DNA of 63,670 nucleotides, filler included, from Stramenopiles sp. TOSAG23-6 (taxonomy: Eukaryota): NCBI GenBank assembly GCA_900128565.1. It is 41 parts of 41 records of this genome, joined end to end, with 100 filler letters (N's around TTAATTAATTAA, not from the genome) between each part and the next. Parts side by side here need not be neighbours in the genome. Positions count along the whole stretch, not along the records: positions 25,051 to 26,509 come from LT639030.1; positions 26,610 to 28,068 come from LT639031.1; positions 28,169 to 29,626 come from LT639032.1; positions 29,727 to 31,183 come from LT639033.1; positions 31,284 to 32,739 come from LT639034.1; positions 32,840 to 34,293 come from LT639035.1; positions 34,394 to 35,846 come from LT639036.1; positions 35,947 to 37,399 come from LT639037.1; 33 more parts are not named here. One strand, 5' to 3'. The notes under the pieces were generated by a model that saw only the letters and a list, made by a program, of their open reading frames with translations, was not told the DNA's origin and searched no databases. The position numbers and the translations under genes are program-made. Positions 25,051-37,605 of this stretch are shown here, piece after piece (the stretch's first letter is position 1; every line of letters begins with the position of its first letter).

Positions 25051-26509
25051 CACCCATCGTCACAGACTTTGCATTGATCACAGTTGTTCTCACAGGATGA
25101 AAACCAGGTGTCTTGAATTCTTTGCATAGTGATGTTTTGGCTCGTTGAAGAGTTTTCCAGGCTGTAGATTTACCAGCTAGTGTAGAACCAACAAGCATAT
25201 TACAATGACGGAGCGCCTTTGATTCGAATACTTGGACAGTTTTAAATTTAATAAAGTCTAGGACTTGAAGCCCCTGGCGCTCTAATTCGCGCTCTATAGC
25301 AGCCATTAATTGACCATAATCAACAACGGGCAATTCAAGCCCAGGAAATAAATCACCAAGAAGCAAAAGAAATAATTCGAAGTCTGCAGTGACATAAAGT
25401 TCCACAACATCCAAGTACCGCCTTCAAAGAACGCATACCATAATCGTAGTGAGATTGTTTTGACAATTGCTGAACCATAAGTTCATATAGAGTTACGGCC
25501 TTCTTGGCCAATATACGGGCTTCTCTAAACCCTTCTGCCATTAGCATTACCTCCGCAATCTGAGCAAGATCTGGGGCCATCATAGCAACAGGTCTCATGA
25601 GACTCTTCAGATTATCTGGAAGCTCTGTACGACCTGCATACCCAGGATTCATCGTAACAAATATACCACAAGACCAACGGCATGCAATCATTTGACCTTC
25701 AAACAAAAATTTTCTCTTTCGAGCTGCAATTGCATTCATAATGGACAAAATCTGACCGGCAATTACAGAAAGTACCTCGATTTCGATACGATTAAATTCA
25801 TCAAAACAACCCCAACCACCTGACTGAACCAACCCTGAAAACATTCTGCCAACACTCTTATAATCAAGACCATCAGAACAATTGAATACAACAACATACT
25901 TGGCAAGATTCTTACCTAAATCTTTTACAGTCTCTGTTTTACCTGTACCTGCAGGTCCAAGTGGATTGCCCCCACGCTGTAGACAGAGTGCCGTTGTCAA
26001 TGTAAGGACACACCTATCAGTCAAAGGAGTTACTACGAGTCGACCATTGTTACCCTGGTATTCATAACCAAACTCTAGTTCCGTGTTGGTCTGTTTTACT
26101 CGACAACGACCAAACCCATTATCACCTTCATCTTTCATAAAGTAAAATCGCTGTTGAGATAGCCACACAAAATCAGTCACCCTTGTTGCATTCTGTTTCA
26201 CCATTCTTTCCATAACATCTCGACTATGAATTTCCATTGTAATAAGAGCGACCAATTTTTTCCGCTCAATCTTGCTCAATTTGCCTCTAACAAAGTCAGA
26301 GCATTCATTGAGGTATTTAACTTGCTTCTTCTTCAGTTTCTTTACGGCGCCTTTATTTCCTTTCGTAACTGCCTCTAACGCGCGTGTGCACGCAGATGTC
26401 CACATAATTTTACCTGCAATAATCAGAAGCTGTCCTTGCCATTCTTTGATCCATTTAAGTTTTTTCTCTTTATTCGCTTTAGGATAATTTTTCAATGTCA
26501 AACATAAAA
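25051..26509 (-). CDS. Axonemal dynein heavy chain, AAA1-AAA2 fragment; apparent deletion/frameshift near 25395
   Basis: GPAGTGKTETVKDL, FNCSD, WGCFDEFNRI, TMNPGYAGRTELPDNLK, QLSKQSHYDYGMR, GSTLAGKS. Confidence 0.97.
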
Positions 26510-26609
26510 NNNNNNNNNNNNNNNNNNNNNNNNNNNNNNNNNNNNNNNNNNNNTTAATTAATTAANNNNNNNNNNNNNNNNNNNNNNNNNNNNNNNNNNN
26601 NNNNNNNNN

Positions 26610-27181
26610 AAAATCGTTTTAAAAAATTATGTCCCAAAACAGCATCAATACTAGATAACATTGAACCATTATTATATTCAACTCCTTTTGATTTTACGTT
26701 CTTTTCCATTCTAAGAGGAAAAAGTAAAATTGCTTCCCATTATGGACCTCACAATCTTCGACTTAGAGTCCATTTTCCTCTAATAGTACCGAGGAAATCA
26801 AAAGTGAATGGTAAAGCANNNNNNNNNNNNNNNNNNNNNNNNNNNNNNNNNNNNNNNNNNNNNNNNNNNNNNNNNNNNNNNNNNNNNNNNNNNNNNNNNN
26901 NNNNNNNNNNNNNNNNNNNNNNNNNNNNNNNNNNNNNNNNNNNNNNNNNNNNNNNNNNNNNNNNNNNNNAAAATCGTTTTAAAAAATTATGTCCCAAAAC
27001 AGCATCAATACTAGATAACATTGAACCATTATTATATTCAACTCCTTTTGATTTTACGTTCTTTTCCATTCTAAGAGGAAAAAGTAAAATTGCTTCCCAT
27101 TATGGACCTCACAATCTTCGACTTAGAGTCCATTTTCCTCTAATAGTACCGAGGAAATCAAAAGTGAATGGTAAAGCATAA
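26610..27181 (+). CDS. Aspartyl/asparaginyl beta-hydroxylase-like fragment, duplicated across a gap
   Basis: CPKT...FFS.L...S.I..H.GP.NLRLRVH.PLIVP. Confidence 0.7.
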
Positions 27182-27270
27182 AAAGGACGGATTGTTCAAA
27201 AAATAGGAAAATAAAGTATTAGACTTGTTATTATAATAAACAAACAATTTTATCTATAAAAATTTTTTGA

Positions 27271-28068
27271 TTACCAACATCCATGTGGAGCAGATAATCC
27301 ATTATGGACTGATTTGTGCTGACCTGCCTCGCGATCACGAAAGTTAACTCCATCTTTCTTTAAATCTGATATTCCAACCATTGCACCGCCAAGATTCTCG
27401 CTGAGTTCAGCCAACATTTTTGGATTATTGTAGTGTGTTACAGCTTGTACAATCGCATTTGCGCGTTTCCGAGGATTTTCAGATTTGAAAATACCTGAAC
27501 CAACAAACACGCCATCCAAACCCAACTGCATCATCAACGCAGCATCAGCTGGTGTAGCCACACCACCAGCAGCAAAATTAACAACTGGTAAACGACCGNN
27601 NNNNNNNNNNNNNNNNNNNNNNNNNNNNNNNNNNNNNNNNNNNNNNNNNNNNNNNNNNNNNNNTACAACTCCACGTCGTCCATATTTTTCAATCGACGAA
27701 CTTCACTGTTTACAGCACGAGCGTGACGAACGGCTTCAACGATATTTCCCGTACCAGCCTCACCTTTAGTTCGCATCATAGCAGCACCTTCGCTAATACG
27801 ACGAAGAGCTTCGCCAAGATTCCGGCATCCACAAACAAAAGGAACTTTGAAAGTCGTTTTCTCCAAGTGATTATCCTCGTCAGCCATAGTGAGAACTTCA
27901 CTTTCATCTATGAAGTCTACTTCAATTGCTTCGAGTATTTGAGCTTCTACAAAGTGTCCAATACGAGCTTTTGCCATGACAGGAATTGTCACAGCATTTT
28001 TGATCGCTTTGATCATCTGAGGATCACTCATTCGGGCAACACCACCGTCTCTCCGAATGTCAGTCGGG
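27271..28068 (-). CDS. PDX1: Pyridoxal 5'-phosphate synthase subunit
   Basis: [67 protein letters not shown]. Confidence 0.97.
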
Positions 28069-28414
28069 NNNNNNNNNNNNNNNNNNNNNNNNNNNNNNNN
28101 NNNNNNNNNNNNTTAATTAATTAANNNNNNNNNNNNNNNNNNNNNNNNNNNNNNNNNNNNNNNNNNNNACTTCAAATACTTTCTCTTCAGATATTATATT
28201 ATTCTTCTCAATACAGAAACGTAACCAGAGTGAAGAGCTACACACACGAACGAGTAAATTTCTCGGCCGAATCCAGCTAAAAGCACGTAGTAAGGGTATT
28301 AGACAGCCTCAACCGAATAAGGGAAGTATCAGCTGTACTAATGTTCTTGATAAGTACAACAATGTTCTTGAAAGAACATCCACTGTATCACTTGAGTTAG
28401 GAATTGCTCACGAA

Positions 28415-29224
28415 GTGACTGCTGACTTAGATACAAAATTATTTGAAGCGAAGAAAGATTTAGAAACTGTAATTAAAAAACGAATAGCTTTGGAAATACA
28501 GCTTGAAGAAAATAAAAAGATTTTGCATACTTATGGTGGATTACTACTCTTAGAACAAGAAAGGAGTAAAGAGTGTAACCATGATTTTCAACAAAAAGTG
28601 TACGATGAAAAATACAAAACACTATCGGTATATTATGAAAATCTTCTATCACGTTTTGATGCACAGCGAGATTTAATCAATGAAGCTGGAGCTTTACATG
28701 CTGATATGACTCATAGGAATCGCCAACTTTCGGATATGTTTGAAGCTCTTAGAGAGGCAAAGAATGGAAATTTACATAAATTAATAAATTGTAAGATAGC
28801 TGAAGCCTATGCTGATAAAAATAGTCACATAAATGTTGTATCCCACATACAAAAAGAGTTAACGTATGCTACTATGAATATTGATAAGTTGCAAGCGGAG
28901 AGAAATGTTCTTATTTCTGAAATTGCTAGACTTCAAGCAGAAAAAACGAATTCTAAAAAAGTACAGTTAGAACAAAAAATAATGAATTGTTGTAAAAAGT
29001 ATATTGAGAAGAATAATATAATATCTGAAGAGAAAGTATTTGAAGTAGTAGAAACAAAACAAAATAAAGTTGAATCAAAAGAGAATATGATTTCAAAAGA
29101 ACAGAGAGAACATATTCATCGAGAAACTGAAGCTCTATTACATTATACGTATAATCTTGAAATGCAGCTCAGTAAAAAAAAAGCTAAATTTTCAAGTAGT
29201 AGAGATCAAAGTGTATATAAGTAA
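28415..29224 (+). CDS. Coiled-coil protein fragment
   Basis: 269-aa helical ORF. Confidence 0.55.
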   Translation: MTADLDTKLFEAKKDLETVIKKRIALEIQLEENKKILHTYGGLLLLEQERSKECNHDFQQKVYDEKYKTLSVYYENLLSRFDAQRDLINEAGALHADMTHRNRQLSDMFEALREAKNGNLHKLINCKIAEAYADKNSHINVVSHIQKELTYATMNIDKLQAERNVLISEIARLQAEKTNSKKVQLEQKIMNCCKKYIEKNNIISEEKVFEVVETKQNKVESKENMISKEQREHIHRETEALLHYTYNLEMQLSKKKAKFSSSRDQSVYK

Positions 29225-29960
29225 AATGCATAATACTCTACTAATATACACACAATAATCTAGAGGCTATTTTTTTATAGTATATTATAATATCATATTC
29301 GAAAAAAATATAGATAAATCTACTTGAAGAGAATCCTCGAGAGAATGGGATCTTTGGATTCCGTACCATTTTTTTGTACCTAACGCACTAAATGGGTCAT
29401 ACATACTATCATATTTCATTTTGATTCAATTTCTTCTTTTGTAAAACCAATTTGATATTTCATGTCTGATGTAAAATGTATCGGTTTTGGTATAGTAAAA
29501 CGTTGCTTACTTTCTTTTGTAATATGTTGAAAAGATTCATGTATTTTAGAAAATTATTTCAAAAAAAATCTAAAAAAAATTGTTAGGTACAAATTTTCGT
29601 ACGAAAAATAAATTCGAAATTGAAAANNNNNNNNNNNNNNNNNNNNNNNNNNNNNNNNNNNNNNNNNNNNTTAATTAATTAANNNNNNNNNNNNNNNNNN
29701 NNNNNNNNNNNNNNNNNNNNNNNNNNGACATAGGTTGTGTGTAGCATTTTTATCATTTTTCTTATTATTTCGTGTAGCTAAACAAAAGAATGGGCAGGTT
29801 TGTTCACGGATTCAAAATTTCAAAAATGCGCACTTCGTAATTGAAATTCAAATATAACTAGATCTCCAATCTAATCTGAAAATAAATCCTGTGCACCGTG
29901 TGTAGTGGGCGTCGTTCAAAATTCGAATTAGTAGAAAAGGTTCAATCCATACGATAAATA

Positions 29961-30788
29961 ATGATGAAAGATATTACATTCATTATATTTCTAGGATTCT
30001 TCTTATTCACTGATGCCTTGAAAATTGCACAAAGACTTCGCACTAAAACAGGAGTAAAGACATCAATAGAGGCAGGTACAAAATGGCGTTTTGGAAGTAA
30101 CTACGTCCCTCAGCACTACGGCAATTGGCGCTGGAAAACAGATAAAAATGGTTCAACAAATGAAGGCGATTCTGGACATTGGAATTTTGGTAATGACAAA
30201 CGAATTGAATGTGAAGCATGTGGATATAATATGTATTTTCTCGTTGATAGAATTGGGGATAATTTCAACGCTTTAACAGTTCAAAACGAAATGGATATGA
30301 TGTGTGATAGAGTTCAATGGGTGTTTAGATCTGCTTGTCAACATTTTATTAAATCCCCAGATAGAGAAAGAATTGTAGAAGCCGTTATGAGGTTAACAGA
30401 ACCAGAAGATCTGTGTAAACAATTGCAATACTGTGCCCCTGACTTTTTCGATTCTCAAATGGCAGGTGGCGCACCGGGTATGGCTCCGGGAGTTTTCCCT
30501 GCTGGAGGAATGGGATTACCCGGAGGAAGTATCATTCCCGGTATGACACCAAATGGAAGTGCAATAGCACAGGAAACACCAGGACTTGGTTTTTCAGGTC
30601 ATGGAAATGGAGGATATGGAATTTATCCAGCTCCTGGGTCTCGACCTATGAATGCAAAATCACCATATAGTCCGTATAGTTTTGGTGGTTATGATAATTT
30701 TGGATTTCCGAATACTTTACCAGGTGTTCCTTCATCAACACCTTCACCACCAATAATACCTGAAACAAAAGAAGGGGAAGGTGGATAA
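29961..30788 (+). CDS. Secreted saposin-B domain protein with Gly/Pro-rich tail
   Basis: Signal peptide; six-Cys saposin pattern CEAC...C..........C...LC..LQYC. Confidence 0.8.
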   Translation: MMKDITFIIFLGFFLFTDALKIAQRLRTKTGVKTSIEAGTKWRFGSNYVPQHYGNWRWKTDKNGSTNEGDSGHWNFGNDKRIECEACGYNMYFLVDRIGDNFNALTVQNEMDMMCDRVQWVFRSACQHFIKSPDRERIVEAVMRLTEPEDLCKQLQYCAPDFFDSQMAGGAPGMAPGVFPAGGMGLPGGSIIPGMTPNGSAIAQETPGLGFSGHGNGGYGIYPAPGSRPMNAKSPYSPYSFGGYDNFGFPNTLPGVPSSTPSPPIIPETKEGEGG

Positions 30789-31579
30789 TTAATTGTATAT
30801 AATATATATACGCATATATATAGGTGTATGAATAAAATATAATTAATTGTATATAATATGTATATGTGTATGAATAAAATATGTATACTGAAAGAGATCT
30901 TTTTCATTCGTTTTTGAATATGACAGTTTTATCGATTTTTATGACTAAGATTTTGGAAATATTATTTATCCAATTGTTAATGGAGAAGACGTATCGATAA
31001 TCTATCTAAGGCTGGAGAAGCAATTTATAAATGAAAGAAAACAAGAAAGAAAGTGAAAAAAAAAACTACATCAGCAGGCTTGGAGCAGGTTTGTTTTGAA
31101 GAAAATTTCAAATTTCAAAAAAACGAGTAGCGCAGCACCACCACCACCAAAGTATTATTTTACTCATTATATATAGCACGTAANNNNNNNNNNNNNNNNN
31201 NNNNNNNNNNNNNNNNNNNNNNNNNNNTTAATTAATTAANNNNNNNNNNNNNNNNNNNNNNNNNNNNNNNNNNNNNNNNNNNNGGTATTTTGTATGTTTT
31301 CATTATGAATTTTTACCTAATTTGTTTTCGTTTTCATCATGCATTTCAAATTTAATTATTTTGAACCTTTTTCAAACGTTTCAAATTTTACAATTTGATT
31401 TTGTACCTAACAATTTTTGAATTTCTAAAATTTTTTTTACAATACTAAAATTGGGGTATTGAAATGCGTAAAATTGGAGGTCTTTATCCAATTGTAAATA
31501 GAGATCTCTTGAGACAAGATGAACACGCAGCGTGGGCTGGAGAAGCAATTTATAAGTGGAAAAGTTGTATGAATGATTC

Positions 31580-31613
31580 CCCTAAACCCTAACTAACCCC
31601 TAACCCTAACCCT
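31580..31613 (+). repeat. Interstitial telomeric insert flanked by 33-bp direct repeats (31547-31579 and 31614-31646)
   Basis: AATTTATAAGTGGAAAAGTTGTATGAATGATTC occurs on both sides of a CCCTAA-type tract. Confidence 0.85.
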
Positions 31614-32101
31614 AATTTATAAGTGGAAAAGTTGTATGAATGATTCAAACNNNNNNNNNNNNNNNNNNNNNNNNNNNNNNNNNNNNNNNNNNNNNNNNNN
31701 NNNNNNNNNNNNNNNNNNNNNAAATCAATAGCAAGAATCTTTGATGAAAGCGCAATTATTAGCAATTTATTAGTAAAAAATTTAAAACGATTGAAAATCC
31801 TCCCTTTTTTTTTACTTTTTTTTTTACAATGTTCAAAAATCGTTTAATGAAGCAGGTTTGTTTCATTGAGATTCGACTTCGGAATTCGTCGTTGATCCTG
31901 GCAGCAGCGTATCTATTTTTTGTTTATATTATATAAGGTAGTGCCGCCGCCATGTCTTTANNNNNNNNNNNNNNNNNNNNNNNNNNNNNNNNNNNNNNNN
32001 NNNNNNNNNNNNNNNNNNNNNNNNNNNNNNNNNNNNNNNNNNNNNNNNNNNNNNNNNNNNNNNNNNNNNNNNNNNNNNNNNNNNNNNNNNNNNNNNNNNN
32101 N

Positions 32102-32687
32102 TATCCGAAGAAAATACTGACGTGGGAGAGGTAGAATCAAAATCATCTACTTCTGATGTGGTACAAGAAACCAAAACTTCCACAGACACAACATCATCAT
32201 CAATTGCGAGTAATGTTAGCTCTAGGGAGCAGACTGAAACAAATTCATTTTTTGGCTTGAAAATGGGGAATAAGATTGAAGTTCTATGGGATATAGCTGA
32301 AAATGGTACTTCTGTTTCAAAATGGTGGCCATGTACTTTTCGAGGAAAATCAAGTTCCCAAAGTGTGACTAGTGATTGCCTTTCTGATTCTGCTTCGAAA
32401 AGATTTGAAGTAGCTCCTCAGGGAAAGCTCTCGTACGTAGCTTTTTTACAATTCCCCCCTTGTGATACGATAGCTTCTTTTATTGGAGATCACGTGTTAG
32501 TCGATTCTGCTGCAGATGGTGAACCTTTATTTTGGAGAACTGCTGGAAGTGAGTGGCAGCCAAGTGAAATGGATCGCAATGCACTTGGCGATATGACAAA
32601 GGAAGCTGTTGAAGTTGATGGATGGGGTGATCCGATTGCTCAACCCAAGGCCTCCTATGATATGACGGCACTTTTATCTGATCAAAT
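32102..32687 (+). CDS. Unknown protein exon ending at a family donor
   Basis: Open frame; G.KIEV.W...WWP motif; AT|GTATG donor at 32688. Confidence 0.55.
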
Positions 32688-32839
32688 GTATGTTTTATTT
32701 TTTTTTTAACAAAAAAATCGATTTTTTTTTCGTACGAAANNNNNNNNNNNNNNNNNNNNNNNNNNNNNNNNNNNNNNNNNNNNTTAATTAATTAANNNNN
32801 NNNNNNNNNNNNNNNNNNNNNNNNNNNNNNNNNNNNNNN

Positions 32840-34293
32840 TTTGTCGCTTTTGTCATCATGTTTTGTATCACTTTTACGACTACTTAATGTCTTATTTGTT
32901 TTTGATAAGGATACGTCTCCATGCATTGTGAAAAAAAATAAAAAAATCGTTAGGTACAAAATTTGGTACGAAAACAAAATAATTTCGAAATTTAATTTTT
33001 TTAAATCGTACCATGTCATATTTGCCAACCTTTTTTGTCGCGTCGTATAGGTTGTTGGTCATTGAAGCTTGCTGTTTCTGCAAAAAAGAAACAGTTTTGT
33101 TACGATTATAAATTGAATCATTGTGCTTTACTCCATGTGACGTCATTTTTGTAGTAGAATTCGTGTGAAAATCCGTAAAATTATTTTCTGGCAAAATTAC
33201 TGGGAAAAATGAAGGAGGAATTTGTTGATTATTTTTGTCATTATCAGGACGTTGAAATCGCATAAAATCGATATTATTATGATTAATATTAAGTGGTATT
33301 GGTACATCATCATCAACTTTTCCACTAGGGAAGACAGCGCCAACATCAGGTAAGTATGGAAATTTGTATTGTTTTGTAGGATTTGTAGGTTGTGTAGGAT
33401 TTGTCTCGGTATTTATATTCTTTGTATTTTTTGTATTTTTTGTATTTTTTGTATTTTTTGTATTTGTGTCGATATTTTCACCATCTTTTCTTTCTAGAAC
33501 TTTTTTTTTTGAATCAGTAAAAGCAATTTTGTGCTCTTCTTTAAAACGTCCTGCAAGGAAAGGACTTGGTGTTGCGACAGAACTGCTCTGTTGCTGATAT
33601 GGAAACTTTGAATTTTCAAGTGGGTTAAACAAAGGATTAGGTGGAGGTGGTANNNNNNNNNNNNNNNNNNNNNNNNNNNNNNNNNNNNNNNNNNNNNNNN
33701 NNNNNNNNNNNTTATGAATTTATGAATGTATACATTTGAAATATCTTTGAAATAAATCATACGTGGTGGAGGATGTTTAAATTGTGAGGGTGTATATTTA
33801 TACCCAATTCCTCCAAAAGGATATTTGCCAGACATTGGAAACGCTTGATTTTGTGTTGCGGCACGTTGACCCAAGTACTATGAAAAATATTTTTTTTTTT
33901 AATAAAAAAAATTCGTTAGGTACAAAATTTCGTACGAAAAAAAAACGAAAATGNNNNNNNNNNNNNNNNNNNNNNNNNNNNNNNNNNNNNNNNNNNNNNN
34001 NNNNNNNNNNNNNNNNNNNNNNNNNNNNNNNNNNNNNTTATCAAGGAGTCTCGCAGCGTCACGCAGCTCAGAAAATCGATTAGCGCCAAAAAAACGATCT
34101 GAAATTTTCCCTTGTCCTCCAACCTTTTTCATAACGTTATATCGCTCCCGAGGTGACATCAATTGTGTTTCCGAATCCAATTTGTTTGTATTTGCAGCCA
34201 CAGGCGGAAACCAAGCAGGTCTTTTTGAAGCGAAGCGAAAGTCGCTCATCTTTGGTCTTGGATTGACAAGTGAATTGGGAGTCATTGTCATAG
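32840..34293 (-). CDS. Low-complexity unknown protein fragment with family introns
   Basis: Open exons between elements. Confidence 0.45.
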
Positions 34294-34393
34294 NNNNNNN
34301 NNNNNNNNNNNNNNNNNNNNNNNNNNNNNNNNNNNNNTTAATTAATTAANNNNNNNNNNNNNNNNNNNNNNNNNNNNNNNNNNNNNNNNNNNN

Positions 34394-35846
34394 TTTTTTT
34401 TTTTTTTGTAAAATTTGTTAGGTACGAAATTTCGTATGAAAAAAAATTATAAATATATTTTTTTTTTTAATCCTATATAGTATGTACATATGAGCTCGCT
34501 TCAAGTCATGTAAACTTTTTACGTATTTTTTACTACGCGTACGTGGAGTTGATTGAAACATAATTTTGATTTCTCTACCTAATTTTTGTGTGTTTGAATT
34601 TTTGTTTTTTGTACTTAATTTTTGTGTGTTTGAATTTTGTAACTGTAAACACTCTTTCAACTCAATCGCACAAATTTTATTCTCATATAAAGTTACCTGG
34701 TACTGTGCATGTATATTTTTGAAATATGCAATACATGTATTTACTTTTGTTAGATAAAAAAGTGAACTACAAACAAAATAGTTACACAATATATAAATGT
34801 TCTATAAAAAAAATATTTAAAAAAAAAAAAATCGAAATTGAAAAAAAAAAAATTGAAATGAGTAATACAATAATAATGGTAAAATACATGACGGATATTT
34901 TCATCAAGGATAGGCAAATGATTACTCTTGGTATTTTTTATCAAATGACTCATGTTATTATACTGTTTATCTATAGAATGATTTTCGGACATTTTCTCTA
35001 GTGTCTCGATTTCTTGCAGTGCAACTAATTTTGCTATTTCTTGTTGTCGTCTATTTAATGTGAACGATATATATATATATATATTTGTTAGGTACAAAAT
35101 TTCGTATAAAAAAAAAAATAAAAAAAAATAAAAATAAAAAAAATAACTTATCTTTCTCAATTTTTGTAACTCTTTTTTCTGTAACGCTGACAAACATCTC
35201 TTCATTGGATTAGGGTTAGGGTTCTTCATTGGGTTTGGGCTACTTTGTGTACTATCCTGTAGACCATGTATTTTGGAAAAATATTTCAAAAAAAAATTTT
35301 AAAATTTGTTAGGTACGAAATTTCGTACGAAAAAAAAAATCGAATTTGAAAAAAAATAAAACATACATGTATATCATTCTGTTCTTTGTGTTGATTCATT
35401 TCATCAGAATTATCTTTTGTATTGGAATGATAAATACTTGACTCAATTGTTCCATGATGTTTGCTAATCGAATGCACTCCTGTAACATTACTTTCTTTAG
35501 TGTTATGTTCAATATTATGTAAAGCTTTGTTGATTTTATGAACTTCTGCCTCAACGGCATGTTCAATATTATGTTCAATATTATGTATTTCATTCATAGC
35601 TTTATGAGCTTCTGCTGCAACAGCATGTTCAATATTTTGTAAGTCATTCTTAAGTTTATGAGCTTCTGCTCCAACGGCATGTTTAATATTATGTTCAATA
35701 TTATTTAACTCATTATTGATTTTATGTGCTTCTGCTCCAACAGCATGTTCAATATTATGTTCAGTATTATGTATTTCATTCTTAAGTTTATGAGCTTCTG
35801 CTCCAACAGCATGTTCAATATTATGTAACTCATTCTTAGCTTTATG
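34394..35846 (-). CDS. His-rich repetitive protein fragment (IEHNIEHAVxAExHK repeats) with at least 4 family introns
   Basis: Tandem coding repeats at 35500-35846; elements on the minus strand. Confidence 0.55.
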
Positions 35847-35946
35847 NNNNNNNNNNNNNNNNNNNNNNNNNNNNNNNNNNNNNNNNNNNNTTAATTAATT
35901 AANNNNNNNNNNNNNNNNNNNNNNNNNNNNNNNNNNNNNNNNNNNN

Positions 35947-37399
35947 CAACAAAATTTGGTAAATAAATGTCAAAAGTGTCTCCTACTGCACATTGTACTC
36001 CAGGTATTGTTGGAAGTTTAAACTGAATGTCTACCATAGTCTTTTCACCTGCGTACGCACCAGCGATAGGATCAAACGCTAAAGCAGTTTCTAATAATTC
36101 ACCTTTATATAAATCTGGCAAATGTTTCGGAATCTTTTTAACTTTTGTAGTAGACCCAGTGATTTTCGTGTAAAAATTAACATCGGAACTTTGTATTGAC
36201 ACAGATGGAAGTTTAAAAAGATTCGCAGTTNNNNNNNNNNNNNNNNNNNNNNNNNNNNNNNNNNNNNNNNNNNNNNNNNNNNNNNNNNNNNNNNNNNNNN
36301 NNNNNNNNNNNNNNNNNNNNNNNNNNNNNNNNNNNNNNNNNNNNNNNNNNNNNNGCATCAAATTTAGCATTATCAGTTGTAATAGTAGCTTCAGAACAAA
36401 TGAAACCAGGTAATGCAATGTCTATTTGATCATTTTTTACCAAATCTTCAGAATAACCATTTGATGCATCAAATTCAATGTTTGCCATTCCACCTAATTT
36501 GTTAGGATTAAATAGCAACCTTGTTTCATCATTCACAAATTCACCAACCTTGATATCTGGTGATATAGTAGGAGTCTCCTTGGGTGCAAAATTTGATCCA
36601 GTTGCTCCAATTTTTACTGCATGCCCAGCGGATAACAGAGATGTAGTAGGCAATTGAATACCATCNNNNNNNNNNNNNNNNNNNNNNNNNNNNNNNNNNN
36701 NNNNNNNNTACCTGTTTTATCAAATTTTGAGGCAGAAGTGCCTGTAAAGTCAAATAATGTGATACTTTGTCCAGATGCAGATGAAAATCCTGGTAAGGAA
36801 ATATTGATTCTATCATGTAAAACCAAGTCTTTATCTAAACTTCCAGTAACAGTGAATGAAACAGCGGCACCAGCTTCCAAGGGACCAGAAGAACTTTTGA
36901 AAAAAGTAATTTTTGGATTTGCAAAATCAGCTTCAATAACCTTAGAGACAGTTTCCAATGAAAGATCTGTAGTAATATTATTACTCAAATCATTCTTAAT
37001 TGCAGTTGCTGCAGCACCACTGTCCTCTCTAGGTAGATTAAAAGTAAATGTAAGCGAAGATTCGAATTGTTCAAGTCGACGCCGACTTGACTTCAAAGCT
37101 GCGCCTGATAGAACAATATATTGCCAGTCTCCATTTGCTGTATTACACGCTGCGATTGTATTACAAATAGACTTTTTTAAAGCTTCCTGTTGTGCTATTG
37201 TTAAGAAGTTGTCATTCTGCTCTGTAAATTTAATAGTACCACTTAGATCTTGGTATACAACAATCTTTTCACTAGAGGCAATCTGTGCTGATAGGGCTGT
37301 TGTAGTACCGACAACTCTAATTGTAAGGTCAGGAGAATCTGCCGGAAGTCCACCAGATGGTAGTATAATTCCAGCACTTTTAGATATCGTCAGAGTTAT
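35947..37399 (-). CDS. Large repetitive surface/extracellular protein fragment
   Basis: Repeated D.I.I.LPGF units; RRRL motif. Confidence 0.55.
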
Positions 37400-37605
37400 N
37401 NNNNNNNNNNNNNNNNNNNNNNNNNNNNNNNNNNNNNNNNNNNTTAATTAATTAANNNNNNNNNNNNNNNNNNNNNNNNNNNNNNNNNNNNNNNNNNNNT
37501 TTTTTTTTTTTTTTTTTTTTTTGTTAAAATTTTTTTCCCAAACATTTTTTTTTTTTTCGGTAAAAAAAAAAAAAAAAAAAAAAAAAATATTTTTTCACAA
37601 TACAT

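Noticed and set aside
26610-27178. Tandemly duplicated hydroxylase exon
   Set aside because: Identical sequence on both sides of an N gap, typical of an unmerged overlap.
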